Positions 1-11,800 of a DNA stretch of 54,625 nucleotides are shown one piece after another. The notes beneath the pieces are model-generated. The model saw only the letters and a list, made by a program, of their open reading frames with translations, was not told the DNA's origin and made no database searches. How positions within the stretch are numbered: position 1 is the first letter of the stretch; each line of letters starts with the position of its first letter. The stretch comes from Octopus bimaculoides (lineage: Eukaryota): NCBI RefSeq assembly GCF_001194135.2, contig NC_068990.1:5591593-5646217 (forward strand), written 5' to 3'. The translations under genes were made by a program, and so were the position numbers.

Positions 1-1132
1 GATAAAGTTGCTGTTTCTTTTCAGATTTCATCAGAAAAAGGTAAATGAAATTCATTAAAATGACACATTTATCGGACTTTCAAAGAGGTCAAATTGCTGG
101 TGCTCATATGGCAGGCGCTAGCGTAACGAAAACAGCTGAAATGTTTGTTACATCAAGAAGTACTGTCTCGAAAATAATGACAGCCTTTGAGAAAGAGGGG
201 AAAACTTCCTTGTCGACACAAAACTCCGGAAGAAAACCAAAACTTTCAGATAGGGACCGTCGGACTCTTACGCGAATTGTTAGAAAGGATCCCAAAAGTA
301 CAGCTCCCAGAATTACTGCAGAGCTTAATGACAACCTCGAGAACCCAGTTTCCACAAAAGACTGTTCGCCGGGAGCTGCACAATGCTGGATTTCACGAGA
401 GGGCTGCAATCAGAAAACCACTACTTTCAAAAACAAACGTTGCAAAGCATTTAGAGTGAAGTAAAAACCTAATTGGTCCCTAGAGTAGTGGAAGAATGTT
501 ATTTTCTCGGACGAGTCATCATTTACCTTATTCCCGACCACCGGCCGAGTATACGTGTGGAGACAGCCAAAAGAAGCATTTGACCCAGCTTCCTTCTTCC
601 AGCTGTTAAAAATGGAGGAAGATCTGTGATGATCTGGGGGGCTATGTCTTGGAAATCCGCCGACCCAATGGTTTCCCTTCATGGCAGAATTAATAGTCAA
701 GACTTTTTAAACATTTTATCTGATCAAATCCATCCTATGGTTGCAGAACTGTTTCCGGAGGGAAATGCAGTCTTTCAGGATGAAAATATACCAATTCACA
801 CAACTAAATTGGTACTGAATGGCACGGGGAACATTCTAATGAAGTTGAACATCTTATCTGGCCACCACATTTCCCAGATCTCAATATTATAAAAAGATTA
901 TGGTGCATTTTAGTAAAACAAGAGTCGATATCCTCCACCATCATAAATACAAAAACTGGAGACTGATTTAGCTGAAGAATGGACAAAAATTCCTTTGGAA
1001 ACAACTGAAACTTTGTACGAGTCCACACCTCGTAGAATTGAAGCTGTAATTACTGCCAAAACGGTCGTACCCCATATTACAATAAATTTGTTTGAAATTT
1101 TCAGGTGTTTCCATTATTTTGTCCAACCACTG
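1..1132 (+). mobile_element. Tc1-family DNA transposon, decayed; left end lies outside the window
   Basis: Frameshifted transposase: paired-like HTH (LSDFQRGQIAGAHMAG...GRKPKLSDRDRR), WKNVIFSDESSF (~490-525), VMIWGAMS, FQDENIPIH and a WPP..PDLNII-like motif. AATAAA at 1081. Right TIR-like end ...ggtgtttccattattttgtccaaccactg followed by TA (1133-1134). Confidence 0.93.
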
Positions 1133-1338
1133 TATATAGTTGTCTAAAGATCCGTAACTCAGAAAAGCAAGTTACTCAATGTATTGGTTGATAGAAAAGG
1201 CTTATCCTTATTAATAAAATAGAATATATATTTTTGTATCAGTCATTTTACCACTTTACAAATCGTTTTTATAACAGGAGTTGGCATGAAAGACGAATTT
1301 CTATTCCTTTCAGCCTATAAGAATAACAAATTTGGCAC

Positions 1339-1515
1339 AGTTCTATATTTAAGAAATCAGGAATTATGTACATTATTTACATTTGACGGATATTTGTCCT
1401 CATCTTGCTTGTTGTTAACACAACGTTTCGACTGGAGGGTATATCAGAAGAAACGTTGTGTTAACAACAAACGATGAGGACAAATATCCGTCAAATGTAA
1501 ATAATGTAAATAATG
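1339..1515. mobile_element. Palindromic non-autonomous element, centre-deleted copy of the family at 51262-51493
   Basis: Inverted arms ~1365-1430 and ~1450-1514. Clear similarity to 51262-51493. Identical 14-bp flanking direct repeat aacaaatttggcac at 1325-1338 and 1516-1529. Confidence 0.85.
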
Positions 1516-1966
1516 AACAAATTTGGCACTTATCAAACTTATCATATATTCATATTTTGAGTCCTGCCTTTCCTGCTAGCATCAAGATAGCCGAGCGCGC
1601 GCGCATGTGTGTGTGAAATATGTCCGATGTACGAGGTCCAATGTTTATAACCAATTTCGATAGCCTCGTGTTAACCAATATTTTTATAAGTGAAACTACG
1701 GTGACGGAAACTACGAAGAAGCTCATCGAAATGATTGTATCGGCGACTCAAAATGCACAACCTTATCACACACTGTGTGTCGCTGATTCCGCAAGCGAAT
1801 TACATTTTGGTTTCACGTGCCTTTTGAATCGTCATTCCTTTACACGTTAATTCAGAAGGAGACATTTCAGTCAGTCAAACAATCGAATCCTCATCAGCAA
1901 ATGACAGGTATCCACCTTCACAGAAATCAAAGAATACAGCAATACATAGGTTATGTAGTGTCTATA

Positions 1967-2545
1967 TTGGGTTGGCCGGAAAGTTCGTGCCGATTTATAG
2001 TAGCTTACCTTTCGACTTATTTTAGAACATGGTTGAACATGGTTGAGTCCATAAAATAGGATTTGACTACACCTCCATTTAGAGTTTAAGCTACCTTTTC
2101 GTGGAAGAAGGTTTATGTTCCTATAACCTGTGTTAATTCTGTGACCCTTTAAAATGGAAGATAAGAAAGTTCATTTTCGGCACTTGATGCTTTTCTTTTT
2201 CCGTAAAGGGAAAATGCTTCACAAGCAACCAAAGAAATATGCGCAGTTTACGGTGATGTTTCTTTATCCGAAAGAACTGTACGGAAGTGGTTCGCAAGGT
2301 TCCGAGCTGGAGATTGTAGCCTTATTGATAAAGAGCGATCAGACAGACCAACCACTACAGATGATGACGAAATCAAGACATTAATTGAGAATAACTCACA
2401 TTGCACAACCCGAGAATTGGCGGAATGCCTCAACCTATCAAAATCCGCCGTTCATGAGCACCTGGTAAAGCTTGGGTACACAAATCGCTACGATGTTTGA
2501 GTACCACATGAGTTGAGTGAGAAGAATCTTATCTGTGCCTGCATT
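1967..2545 (+). mobile_element. mariner transposon 5' fragment (TIR plus transposase N-terminus)
   Basis: TA followed by ttgggttggccggaaagttcgtgccgattt (TIR-like). Frameshifted ORF from 2154: MEDKKVHFRHLMLFFFRKG...KEICAVYGD..SERTVRKWFARFR.G...V.HELSE. DDD catalytic region not seen. Confidence 0.88.
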
Positions 2546-3937
2546 TGAAGATAACATCATATAACATTATACAGAATATATGCTTCGGATACCTGGAGAC
2601 TGTGCCTCTAAATGCTTCATGTTCTTGCAGGTTATGGGAGGAAAAACAGAGAAAACGTATAAAAGAAACTAAACAACATTTGGTTAAAATTTTCCTGAAG
2701 GAATTGGATCGAAATGGAAAAGAAACATTAAGAAATGCGGTAGGAAATTTAAGAATGATAATAATATTAAAAGAATGGAAAATAGAAAGAAATTTTTTGT
2801 TCGAAAACGAAGTTGGTTAGTTGAAATATTTAAAGGTAATTGAAATTGCCTTTGTACGCTTTACAGGAATTGTGGTTGTATGTTTACGTGTGAAGGCAAT
2901 CCATCACACAAATAATACAAAGATGAAACTGCCATTATCAATTACTTAGTATAACAGGCAAAAATGAAATTGTTTCTGTTTGAACAAAGAGACGAAGGAA
3001 TGTTAAAGGATTACTCTTCTCCACAAAAGAAAAAAGAATAAGAATGAGTTGTATTCAAAGTTTTAGTCTCACTGCCCTCTTTTTATATATTTATATATGT
3101 ATTTGTTTAAATGTTTCGTTGAAAATGAAAATCCTTTTGATTAGTCATGGCTGGAGGAACATCTAGTAATGTGTGATTGGAGAAGTGTTTTCTTCATGAC
3201 TAGTACATTAAGGACTTCACAACGAAGTCTTCGGGTACGTATATATATATGAAATAGATTTCTATAATAAATTATTGACGTAGTAGTAACAGTAATCTTG
3301 TAAATAACGATGAGAATTCTAATAGTCTGCGGAATTCATTTTAAAATCATATCTGAGAAAAAGTTATCCACAATAAATTCCGAGGAAATTACTGTTCTTC
3401 TGAGTCAGCAAATATTTCGTTTAAATTCATTATGAAGTGGAATATGTTAATTAGCTCTTAGGAAGAAGAAAAAAACTTGACATTTTAGACAAAGCCTTTT
3501 TGACGGAGACGACGCTAATTTCCAAATATTTATTGAAGATCCAATGTGCTTTTTTATATTGAGAAGCGATTGTTATTTCTGGAATTTCAAATCTGAAATA
3601 TTCGCTGGAAGGTATATATTCCCAACCGAAATTAGCAGAAGTTGTACTGTAGTTAGATTCGTCACAAGCCTGAACTTCACTTTATAATGAGTTATGTATA
3701 CAAGTGTGCAAAAAAACCATATTCATCAACCAACTAGAAAATATGCATAACGTAAATTTTCAAGAAACAATTATATCAACTAGCAGAAAGAATGTGCTCC
3801 GGGCTGTTTTCTACTACCCACTTGATAATATTTTCACATTTGATTCCCAATTCTAATTATTCTAATAATGATAATAATTAATAAGCAGCCTACTCCATTA
3901 TAATAAAGATAGATTCCATTATAGGGTTTCAACTAGT

Positions 3938-4210
3938 GAAAGCGCGTGGCCTAGTAATTGAGCTTACTCTGATGATTATTTTAAGGTCACGGGTTCAATT
4001 CCTAACAGGACAGGATATAGTGTCCCTGATTAGATCAAGATAATTTGATGTTGCTCCAACTCTAATGGGCACTAGGTTTACTGGTGCAGCCTTTTTTTTT
4101 TAACTGTCATAATCCACGCGATCTACTGGGCCAAGTGCGAAAAGTGCGACAGGACATATCTCTTCCTGACTAACCGGGCACCTAAACCAGTAAGCAAGCG
4201 TATGGTTCAT
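3938..4210 (+). mobile_element. Degenerate tRNA-derived SINE
   Basis: A-box-like tggcctagtaa and B-box-like gggttcaattcc. Head resembles 37250-37365 (minus) and 54208. Confidence 0.55.
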
Positions 4211-4441
4211 TTTACCAAAACCTACGTGCGTGTGTGACAACCGACCAGTCATTTGCCTATCGCTCTGTCAGTATGCTGGTTGGCTGGTTAGTTGGTTTGT
4301 TGGCTTGTCTGTTCATTCACCGTTTGTTGTTTCGTTCGTCTGTTTGTCCGTCTCTTCGTTCGTCCGACTGTTCTTTCGTTTCATCTTTTGTCTGTTTATC
4401 CATCCATCTTTTTCGTAGACCGTACGTCCTGATGCCCGTCG

Positions 4442-4472
<31 letters not shown>

Positions 4473-5084
4473 NNNNNNNNNNATATATTTGTATGTATGT
4501 TTTTATGTGTATATATATAGGTTGAATTATCTCTATCAGATTGGTGTGTGTGTGTGCAACGAAACTGGCACTACAGTGTTTGTTATTCTGATTCAAAAGC
4601 AACCACCATCTTCGATTTCCAAACCAGCTTTATCTGAGAGTAGCTGATTTCTTAATTGAATGTAGTTTCGACATTGTCCTTTCTTAAATAAAACAACTAT
4701 AATCATTATCATCTAATCATTTCAGGCCATTTTTGCTTTAAAACGATGTTTATTATCATCGAAGCTGAAAGATTGTAATATTATTATAGATGTTTGCTTA
4801 TCGTTTTAAAATAGCTTTAGACGTTAATGCTCCAGTCTCACATTCTGAATACTATTTCAATGCACACAATGTCGGCCTGCCATTCTTTCAGTTATTTTCT
4901 TCATTGAACAACTTCTGAAGGTTTCGATGTTGAAATACACTTATTCTATTACATATGCCTTTGTTATATCGGTGACGACATTGTTAATGCTAATTCTATT
5001 ACGTTCCTTGTGTCAAAGCATATTTTATACTGGTCAGTTGATCTGCTAGAAATAGCAACCAAATACTCTTCAAATCATAATCCT

Positions 5085-5848
5085 CTACTTAGGAATATTC
5101 AAGAGTATACTGGATAATGTAACCTGAGATAAGCCGTCTGGAAACACTATAGTCACGGCTAGAATATTTTTGGCCAACTGCTGTAGCCTTACCATTATTC
5201 TGTCGTAGATTGCCTTTTGCCCATCTGTCACGTCACCATTAGTTTTATTGTCTTCTTCCAAACCATCAATATATCTCTCATTGAGCAAGCTATCATTGTT
5301 CCTTTCCTGTGTTTTATTAGAGATTTCACCTCTGTTTTCTTCTATGAGATTACTTTTATCAGTAGGAACTGTATTTCTCATCGTTTCCTCTGCTGCTGTT
5401 TTCCAATACCCGTCTTTTGCTAGCTTCGAGCTCTACTTCTGTGAACCAATGATTCTTCTTATTGCTCTAGCTTGATCACATAATCTATGTTCTGTGAGTT
5501 GAAACAATCCTCTTTCTCTCCATTGATCATACATACGTTGTCGGTATGCCCTGAGATGCACACCATTTTCGTCTACGGGGTTGCATTGATATGTTTGTTC
5601 CATCTAACGCCTTGTGTGCTGGTCCCTAGTTGGATAACGACTCAGTATGTCTGAGCTTGCCGGGTGTAACAGATTTACCATCAAGGGCTTCAGTTTCATT
5701 ACCACTGTTATTCACGATGTTTTGTTTGTTCATTGTCACTCATATGAGATAGCGATTATCAAATTGCGCAATTACCAATGTTTTTATTGTGACACCATCA
5801 CTTAATGTATCATCAATGAGAGTATAGGGAGATTCCAACCGCTTCCTT

Positions 5849-5850
<2 letters not shown>
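5085..5850 (-). mobile_element. R4/Dong-like non-LTR retrotransposon 5' fragment (5' UTR plus ORF N-terminus, 3'-truncated)
   Basis: Minus-strand relic from ATG 5733, with a stop and frameshifts: RWNKH...NP...AYRQRMYDQWRERGLFQLTEHRLCDQARAIR.NHWFTEVELE. This matches the N-terminal motif typical of R4/Dong ORFs (recognised from memory). The 5' end abuts a (TAA)n array. Confidence 0.7.
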
Positions 5851-5927
<77 letters not shown>

Positions 5928-5935
5928 CATCATCA
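5851..5935. repeat. (ATT)n microsatellite
   Basis: Read directly from the sequence. Confidence 0.98.
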
Positions 5936-6384
5936 CTGATATTATTTTCATTTTTTACTACTATTTGTCATTGTTAGAATTTCCTCTGATCCGACATGAG
6001 TTTTGGCTAAATTATTATTATTATTATTACCATCATTATTATAATTTCCATTTATTATCTAAAGGCATTATTGAATGTTGTTTAGTTTCAACGATCAGCT
6101 TTAAAAACTTTAGTATCTGCAACTTATGTGAATACCCGTCCTTTCCTTTCTTCCCGAGTATTCGAAGATGTAAACATCCTCTTTCTTCTAAGAACACTAC
6201 AATTTTCTTTGTTTGGACAAACCAAAGATCATCTCTAGTAAATTTTAAAACATTAATATCTACAATTTTCTGCGAAAATTTTACCCTCTTTCTCTTTCCT
6301 TTCTTTTCTTCCTGAGTATTCAAAAATATAAGCATCCTTTTCAGTTATTATTATTATTATTGTTATTATGAGCTGGAAAACTCA

Positions 6385-6520
6385 TTAACACACCAGGTAA
6401 AACACTTAACAGCATTTCGTCCGTCTTAACTTTCTGAGTTGAAATTCCACTGGGGCCGTTTTAATCGATTTACTCCTTGTCTCCAAATTACTGAACTTAT
6501 GCCAAAATTTGAAACCAATC
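6385..6520 (+). mobile_element. SINE family A, internally deleted copy
   Basis: cacttaacagcatttcgtccgtc...ctgagttgaaattcc...ccaaaatttgaaaccaat; homologous to 26608-26826. Confidence 0.7.
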
Positions 6521-6535
6521 GAGTCACGCGATATA

Positions 6536-7105
6536 TTATATGCCCTGATGTAGTACCAGGCAGTGGCTCTCATGGCTTTTGATCTGTACTGATTTGAAGT
6601 GTTATTATGTACATTGTTTTCTCTTGGTATAAAAGATGATCTACAGCAAATACTCTGCTCAATAGCACTGATTTGCTTTTCAATTGTTTAACCTTATCCA
6701 GTTGGGCATGTCCCTTAGTGGCTGACTTTATGTGCATCTCTGATCACGAGCAGAAGTTGTTGGGGAGCATCATAGCCGAGTTTTGAAAGGAATCCTTTGG
6801 GATTTGAAAAATTCACCTTTCGAAACATGAGTGTTTTGTTAATCATCCTTAAAACAAACCTTATTCAGGGACCTTTTGAGCAGAATGGGCTACTCGATCT
6901 GAAGAAAATTCTATCTGGACCCCACCTGCAAGGTCATGTGCTGCTTATCGTGAGATGAGATTACCATGTCGGGCACAAATGGTTGTGGTGCATGTACCTG
7001 GTGTACTCTTATCAGATGGGCAGTCATGATGAGTATATTGGACTTCATATATTTGTACCCCTGTGTCAATTTGATGGCATGCGCTGCTCACTCACTCGTC
7101 AATAA
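6536..7105 (+). mobile_element. Interspersed repeat, probably a non-LTR-derived or non-autonomous element
   Basis: More GC-balanced block from tgccctgatgtagtaccaggc to gctgctcactcactc, followed by an AAT/AAC/CAG-rich tail. Resembles a high-copy octopus repeat recalled from memory. No ORF. Confidence 0.45.
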
Positions 7106-7829
7106 CAACAAGAACAGCAGCAGCAACAAATAACAGTTGGAACAATAACATCAATAACTACAGTGACATTGATGAAAATTGTGTTTCAGTATTATTTTGA
7201 CAGGAAAAACACTGGCAACGAAATAATTGCAGATCATGTGACAACAGCATCAAATTATACTTGTCATTACATTTTCTTGCTACAACCCACACAATGTCTG
7301 ACAATAAATATATAGTCTGCTTTTAAAACAAGTTCAAAAAAAAAAATTGAAGAAACCCATTGAAAAAATAAAACGTCTTTCCTGCAAGAAGCCTTTTAAA
7401 AATATGCTGTATCCGTCTTAAGAAAGTATCTCTTATAGACGCTTGGAGTAAACAAAAGAAAAAAAAAAGATATCAACAACAGGCGAAGTTCGCCCAACAT
7501 TGTTGGTGGAAATGATGCATCCGAACTTCTGCTTGTTAGTTTTTTCAGTAGCAAATATCCACATCACCCTCTTCCCAGAATTGGGGTGGTTTCATGGCAA
7601 ATAAGTCGAAAGGTAAGCTGCTACAAATCTGCACGAACTTTCAGGACAACCCAATATGAATAAATTAGAATTTCCTTCATTTGCGAATAAGTGTCGAGAA
7701 TAATAGAGATGTAACCCTTGTTAATATTAGTCCTAAGCAAGCCTTGACTTATCAAAAGACGTTTTAGTTTTGACCATTCCGTTTTCCCTTATTGATGTTG
7801 AGTATCGCGGACACTCTCGAGCCATTCGA

Positions 7830-8007
7830 GGGAGGGTGTACGTCGATTACATCGATCCCAGTGTTTTGCTGGCACTTAATCTATCGACCGGAAAAGATGA
7901 AAGGCAAAGTCGACCTCGACAGAATTTGAACTCAGAACATAAGGGCGGACGAAATGCTGCTAAGCATTTTGCCCAGCGTGTTAACGGTTCTGCCAGCTCG
8001 CTGCCTT
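7830..8007 (-). mobile_element. SINE family A
   Basis: Reverse complement begins aaggcagcgagctggcagaaccgttaac...ttctgagttcaaattctgtcgaggtcgactttgcc. Confidence 0.85.
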
Positions 8008-8085
8008 AGTATCAAGGACAATATTTTTCAATGAATCGTTCTTGTATCAGGCGGTAAAGAATGATTTGCAGATTTTTTTTATTTG

Positions 8086-8238
8086 AGAAGAGGGGCAAGT
8101 ACCCGACTAGTACTTATTTTATCCACCCGAAAGGATGAAAGGAAAAGTCGAATTCGGTAGAATTTTAGTTCGGATCATAAACACACTCAAAGTACCGCTA
8201 AGCATTGCGTGTTAAAAATTCTACCAGCTCGCTGCCTT
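8086..8238 (-). mobile_element. SINE family A, diverged
   Basis: Same head (aaggcagcgagctggtagaa) and the gactttt/cctttcatcctttcggg block. Confidence 0.75.
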
Positions 8239-10513
8239 AGGAATAATAATATTAAATTAGAATATCCTTCATTTGCGAACAAGGGTCAAGAATAATAATT
8301 CTAGCCGGTGAAACGAACACAGAAAGGTTCCAAATTCGAAGATGTATTAGATTGGAAGAAATTGAATTCTTTGTAGCTGTCCTAATTTCGATATATTTTG
8401 AATAAGATTTTAATAGAAAAGTTGCATTATATGCATAGGAACTGTTAAGATCACTTACTATATATTGATCAAATCCGTGATTTGATACTCTTTAGTTTGG
8501 AATTAACTCGTGTCACATTATCGCCATTAGAGTAATTTACTTCACTTCACATACTAAATACGCCGTATTCTAACTGAATTTAGTGGAATTTTAGCATAAA
8601 CCAACCATGAAAATAAAACGTGTGATGACCAGTATCAACTTAATTGATTATGAGTCCAAATTAACATTATCAACTGAACATTTCCTCGTGGTTCTAGCAA
8701 GTCTTAACCAAGCTAATTAGGACATCAAAAGGTATTATGTCTCTTCTAGACCTCTTTATAAAACTATAGTTTTAAAAAGATGTACTTAATTTCTTAATTT
8801 GATAATTTCTATGCATTGAGATAAGAGATCCAACCAGCTAAAGCACCAAAATTATAAATTTTTCAAGTAAACATGATTGGAACAATGCATTTCTAGAATA
8901 CATATCACAAGCTGATATAAATGGAATTTTAACAATGATGAATTACTCGAAATATGTTATTGAATCTAAGGCGGTTTTATTTGTAAAATAATAAAAGAAA
9001 ATGTTTCACGAAATACCACAAATGAAAGTATTAGATGCACATTTAAGTTATATGAAAGCTATACAAAGTGAGAGTGTTATAAAGTAATCATTAGATATTT
9101 TTAGGTTTGAATTTTACAATAATATATTCAACACCACATTCGTAGCCAAGAAGGAAAATTCTATATTAAGAAGCACGATATATATTAACATAGTATATGA
9201 CAATCTTCGTAAACTATAAATTAATTTCAAGCAGTAGAAATGGTATTAATATTGTTTCTATATCGTTTCTAATAAACAGAAAGAAATGAAGATATTCAAT
9301 CAGAGTAGCCGATACTTTTTTTAAGCGTAGCAGTATGAAGACGTCAAATCTACGATGGATTTTAATCGGCATCTTAAATGGAATTATGTAAACAGGTTCT
9401 TTAATATGCAAATCATATTAAATTTGCAACTAATTATCTGAAGACTGCGACTACTACTGATTACGAGAAATTAATGTTCGTCCTAATCAAACACAACTTC
9501 AGCTGCAGAAGTATACCCCTTGTTCATATGTTATACACATCGACACTTTTCCTGTAGGAGTTTTTCTTTAATCGCGGTGTTTACTTTAATTCACTCTTAT
9601 ATTCAGATATGTTGATAATCGCGGCTTTAGCAACTATCACCCGCAAAGCTACCTGTCAGAACTTCAAGAATATAAAAAATTATAGCAAAGTGCAAAATCT
9701 CTCTTTAATTTAAATATTACATACCGCCACGTTAAATCTTCGTAAAACTTACTCGGACATACTTCATATCGGACAACTTGTAAAACAGCTAATACTAGTG
9801 ACTCTTCATTTAAAATTCAAATCAATTTTGCAACATATCGTGGTCCAAAATATTATTTTGATATACCAGTAAATACTAGTATCAAAATTATACCATTATG
9901 GTATTCGAGGTATTACAAAGAAGAATTGTAGATGTTAAGAAGCAGATAAAATATATTTAGTTTTAAGTACCGCCACAACTACGGCAATTAATTGTAGCAC
10001 AATCTTCGTCTAGTTTCTAGTGTTTGGACAACCTCAGTAACGTTGTGCTTAACGTTCCACTTAAACGATATGCATGCAACACGAAAATTAAGCTCCATCA
10101 TATAATAAAACAGATCCAATACATAGATACTACAATACCGTGTCACGTTTTTTTTTATGCATAAATAATAACGTTAAGTGTGCACACAACATGTTAATGT
10201 AATCAACTAAAAAGACAAAATTCCTTCATTTTGAACTCAGTTACGTTCATCGCTATTCCCTTGTGCAGCCACATCTAAATTAAGATGCATTCTAGCTCGA
10301 GGAACTGTGAGCAAATTGGTGTGAACCGAACAATCGCATTATGTATGAAGAAAATATATTAGACACAGTGCGTGACTGATAAATTCTGTATTTGTATATG
10401 CATTTGATTTATATATTTGACAAAACAATACTGCTTGAAACCGATGCTGTGATAAAAAATGTAAATTTAGTCACTTCATAAATACACGTCGATCTATATC
10501 TATCTGTATATAT

Positions 10514-10552
<39 letters not shown>

Positions 10553-11126
10553 NNNNNNNNNNNNNNNNNNNNNNNNNNNNNNNNNNNNNNNNNNNNNNNN
10601 NNNNNNNNNNNNNNNNNNNNNNNNNNNNNNNNNNNNNNNNNNNNNNNNNNNNNNNNNNNNNNNNNNNNNNNNNNNNNNNNNNNNNNNNNNNNNNNNNNNN
10701 NNNNNNNNNNNNNNNNNNNNNNNNNNNNNNNNNNNNNNNNNNNNNNNNNNNNNNNNNNNNNNNNNNNNNNNNNNNNNNNNNNNNNNNNNNNNNNNNNNNN
10801 NNNNNNNNNNNNNNNNNNNNNNNNNNNNNNNNNNNNNNNNNNNNNNNNNNNNNNNNNNNNNNNNNNNNNNNNNNNNNNNNNNNNNNNNNNNNNNNNNNNN
10901 NNNNNNNNNNNNNNNNNNNNNNNNNNNNNNNNNNNNNNNNNNNNNNNNNNNNNNNNNNNNNNNNNNNNNNNNNNNNNNNNNNNNNNNNNNNNNNNNNNNN
11001 NNNNNNNNNNNNNNNNNNNNNNNNNNNNNNNNNNNNNNNNNNNNNNNNNNNNNNNNNNNNNNNNNNNNNNNNNNNNNNNNNNNNNNNNNTCATCCATACC
11101 TTAGGGTAAATTAAGTTAACGGTTAC

Positions 11127-11545
11127 TCAAAATTCATTCCCACTGCATTGTGTGAAAGTACATTTATATGCGTGTGGGTATCTCGAGAGTCGTTCAGAAA
11201 TTCTATTAATTATCTTCTCTTTAGTCCACAGAATAGACAGGGATTCCTCAGAGCAGAGACAGCATCTTCTGGAAATTATATTGTATGATTTCGTATACCT
11301 TACTATGGACCAATTAATGCTGTACTTCGTTTTATCCCCCTTCAGTCACCATGCAAAATCTGCCAAAGATGTTGAATGTCTCTTATTGATTGTCTTAAAG
11401 TTGGCAACATGTTACGATAACGATTCTTAAATAAATCAGCCGTCTGCCCAATGTAAGCATAGGGCCCTCCCCTTCTGTGCACGATACATTTATATACAAG
11501 ATTTGTACTCATACAGAGATTCATCAGCTTCTTTCTCAAACTAAC
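11127..11545 (-). pseudogene. Penelope-like element (PLE) C-terminal GIY-YIG endonuclease fragment
   Basis: CMSTNLVYKCIV...YAYIGQTADLFKNRYRN, then after a frameshift HVANFK...HSTSLADFAW*LK...YSINWSIVRYTKSYNIISRRCCLCSEE...INRISERLSRYPH. Has the VY...YIG motif and the Cys-rich PLE C-terminal pattern. Confidence 0.85.
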
Positions 11546-11564
11546 ATTTGAATGTACTTAAATA

Positions 11565-11650
11565 TTGGGTAGGTGCATAATTATTGCGGCTTTTTTTCAA
11601 CAAATTTTATTCAACACAATCAGTAACAATATTTAATTAAAACATCTTTA
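11565..11650 (-). mobile_element. mariner terminal fragment (TIR)
   Basis: tattgggtaggtgcataattattgcggc is mariner-TIR-like; AATAAA on the minus strand just inside it. Confidence 0.6.
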
Positions 11651-11800
11651 AAATGACGGTCTGACCGTCTGTCAAGTAAATGAGAAGCAGTAATTGAAGT
11701 AGATGGTGAATATGCTCTGGAATAATCATCTAATGGTCCTGAAAGAGTAGAAAACTGGATTATTTCCGATGCAACAGCTCAAACCAGGCTCAAGGATATC

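Noticed and set aside
972-1002. CTGAAGA...GAAAC inside the Tc1 element
   Set aside because: No convincing helix II or helix I; it lies in the transposase reading frame.
11512-11527. 14-bp match (ctgatgaatctctg, minus strand) to the HHR-like core at 24759
   Set aside because: It lies within the GIY-YIG reading frame (LMNLC) and has no GAAA or helices. A 14-mer coincidence is expected at this sequence size.
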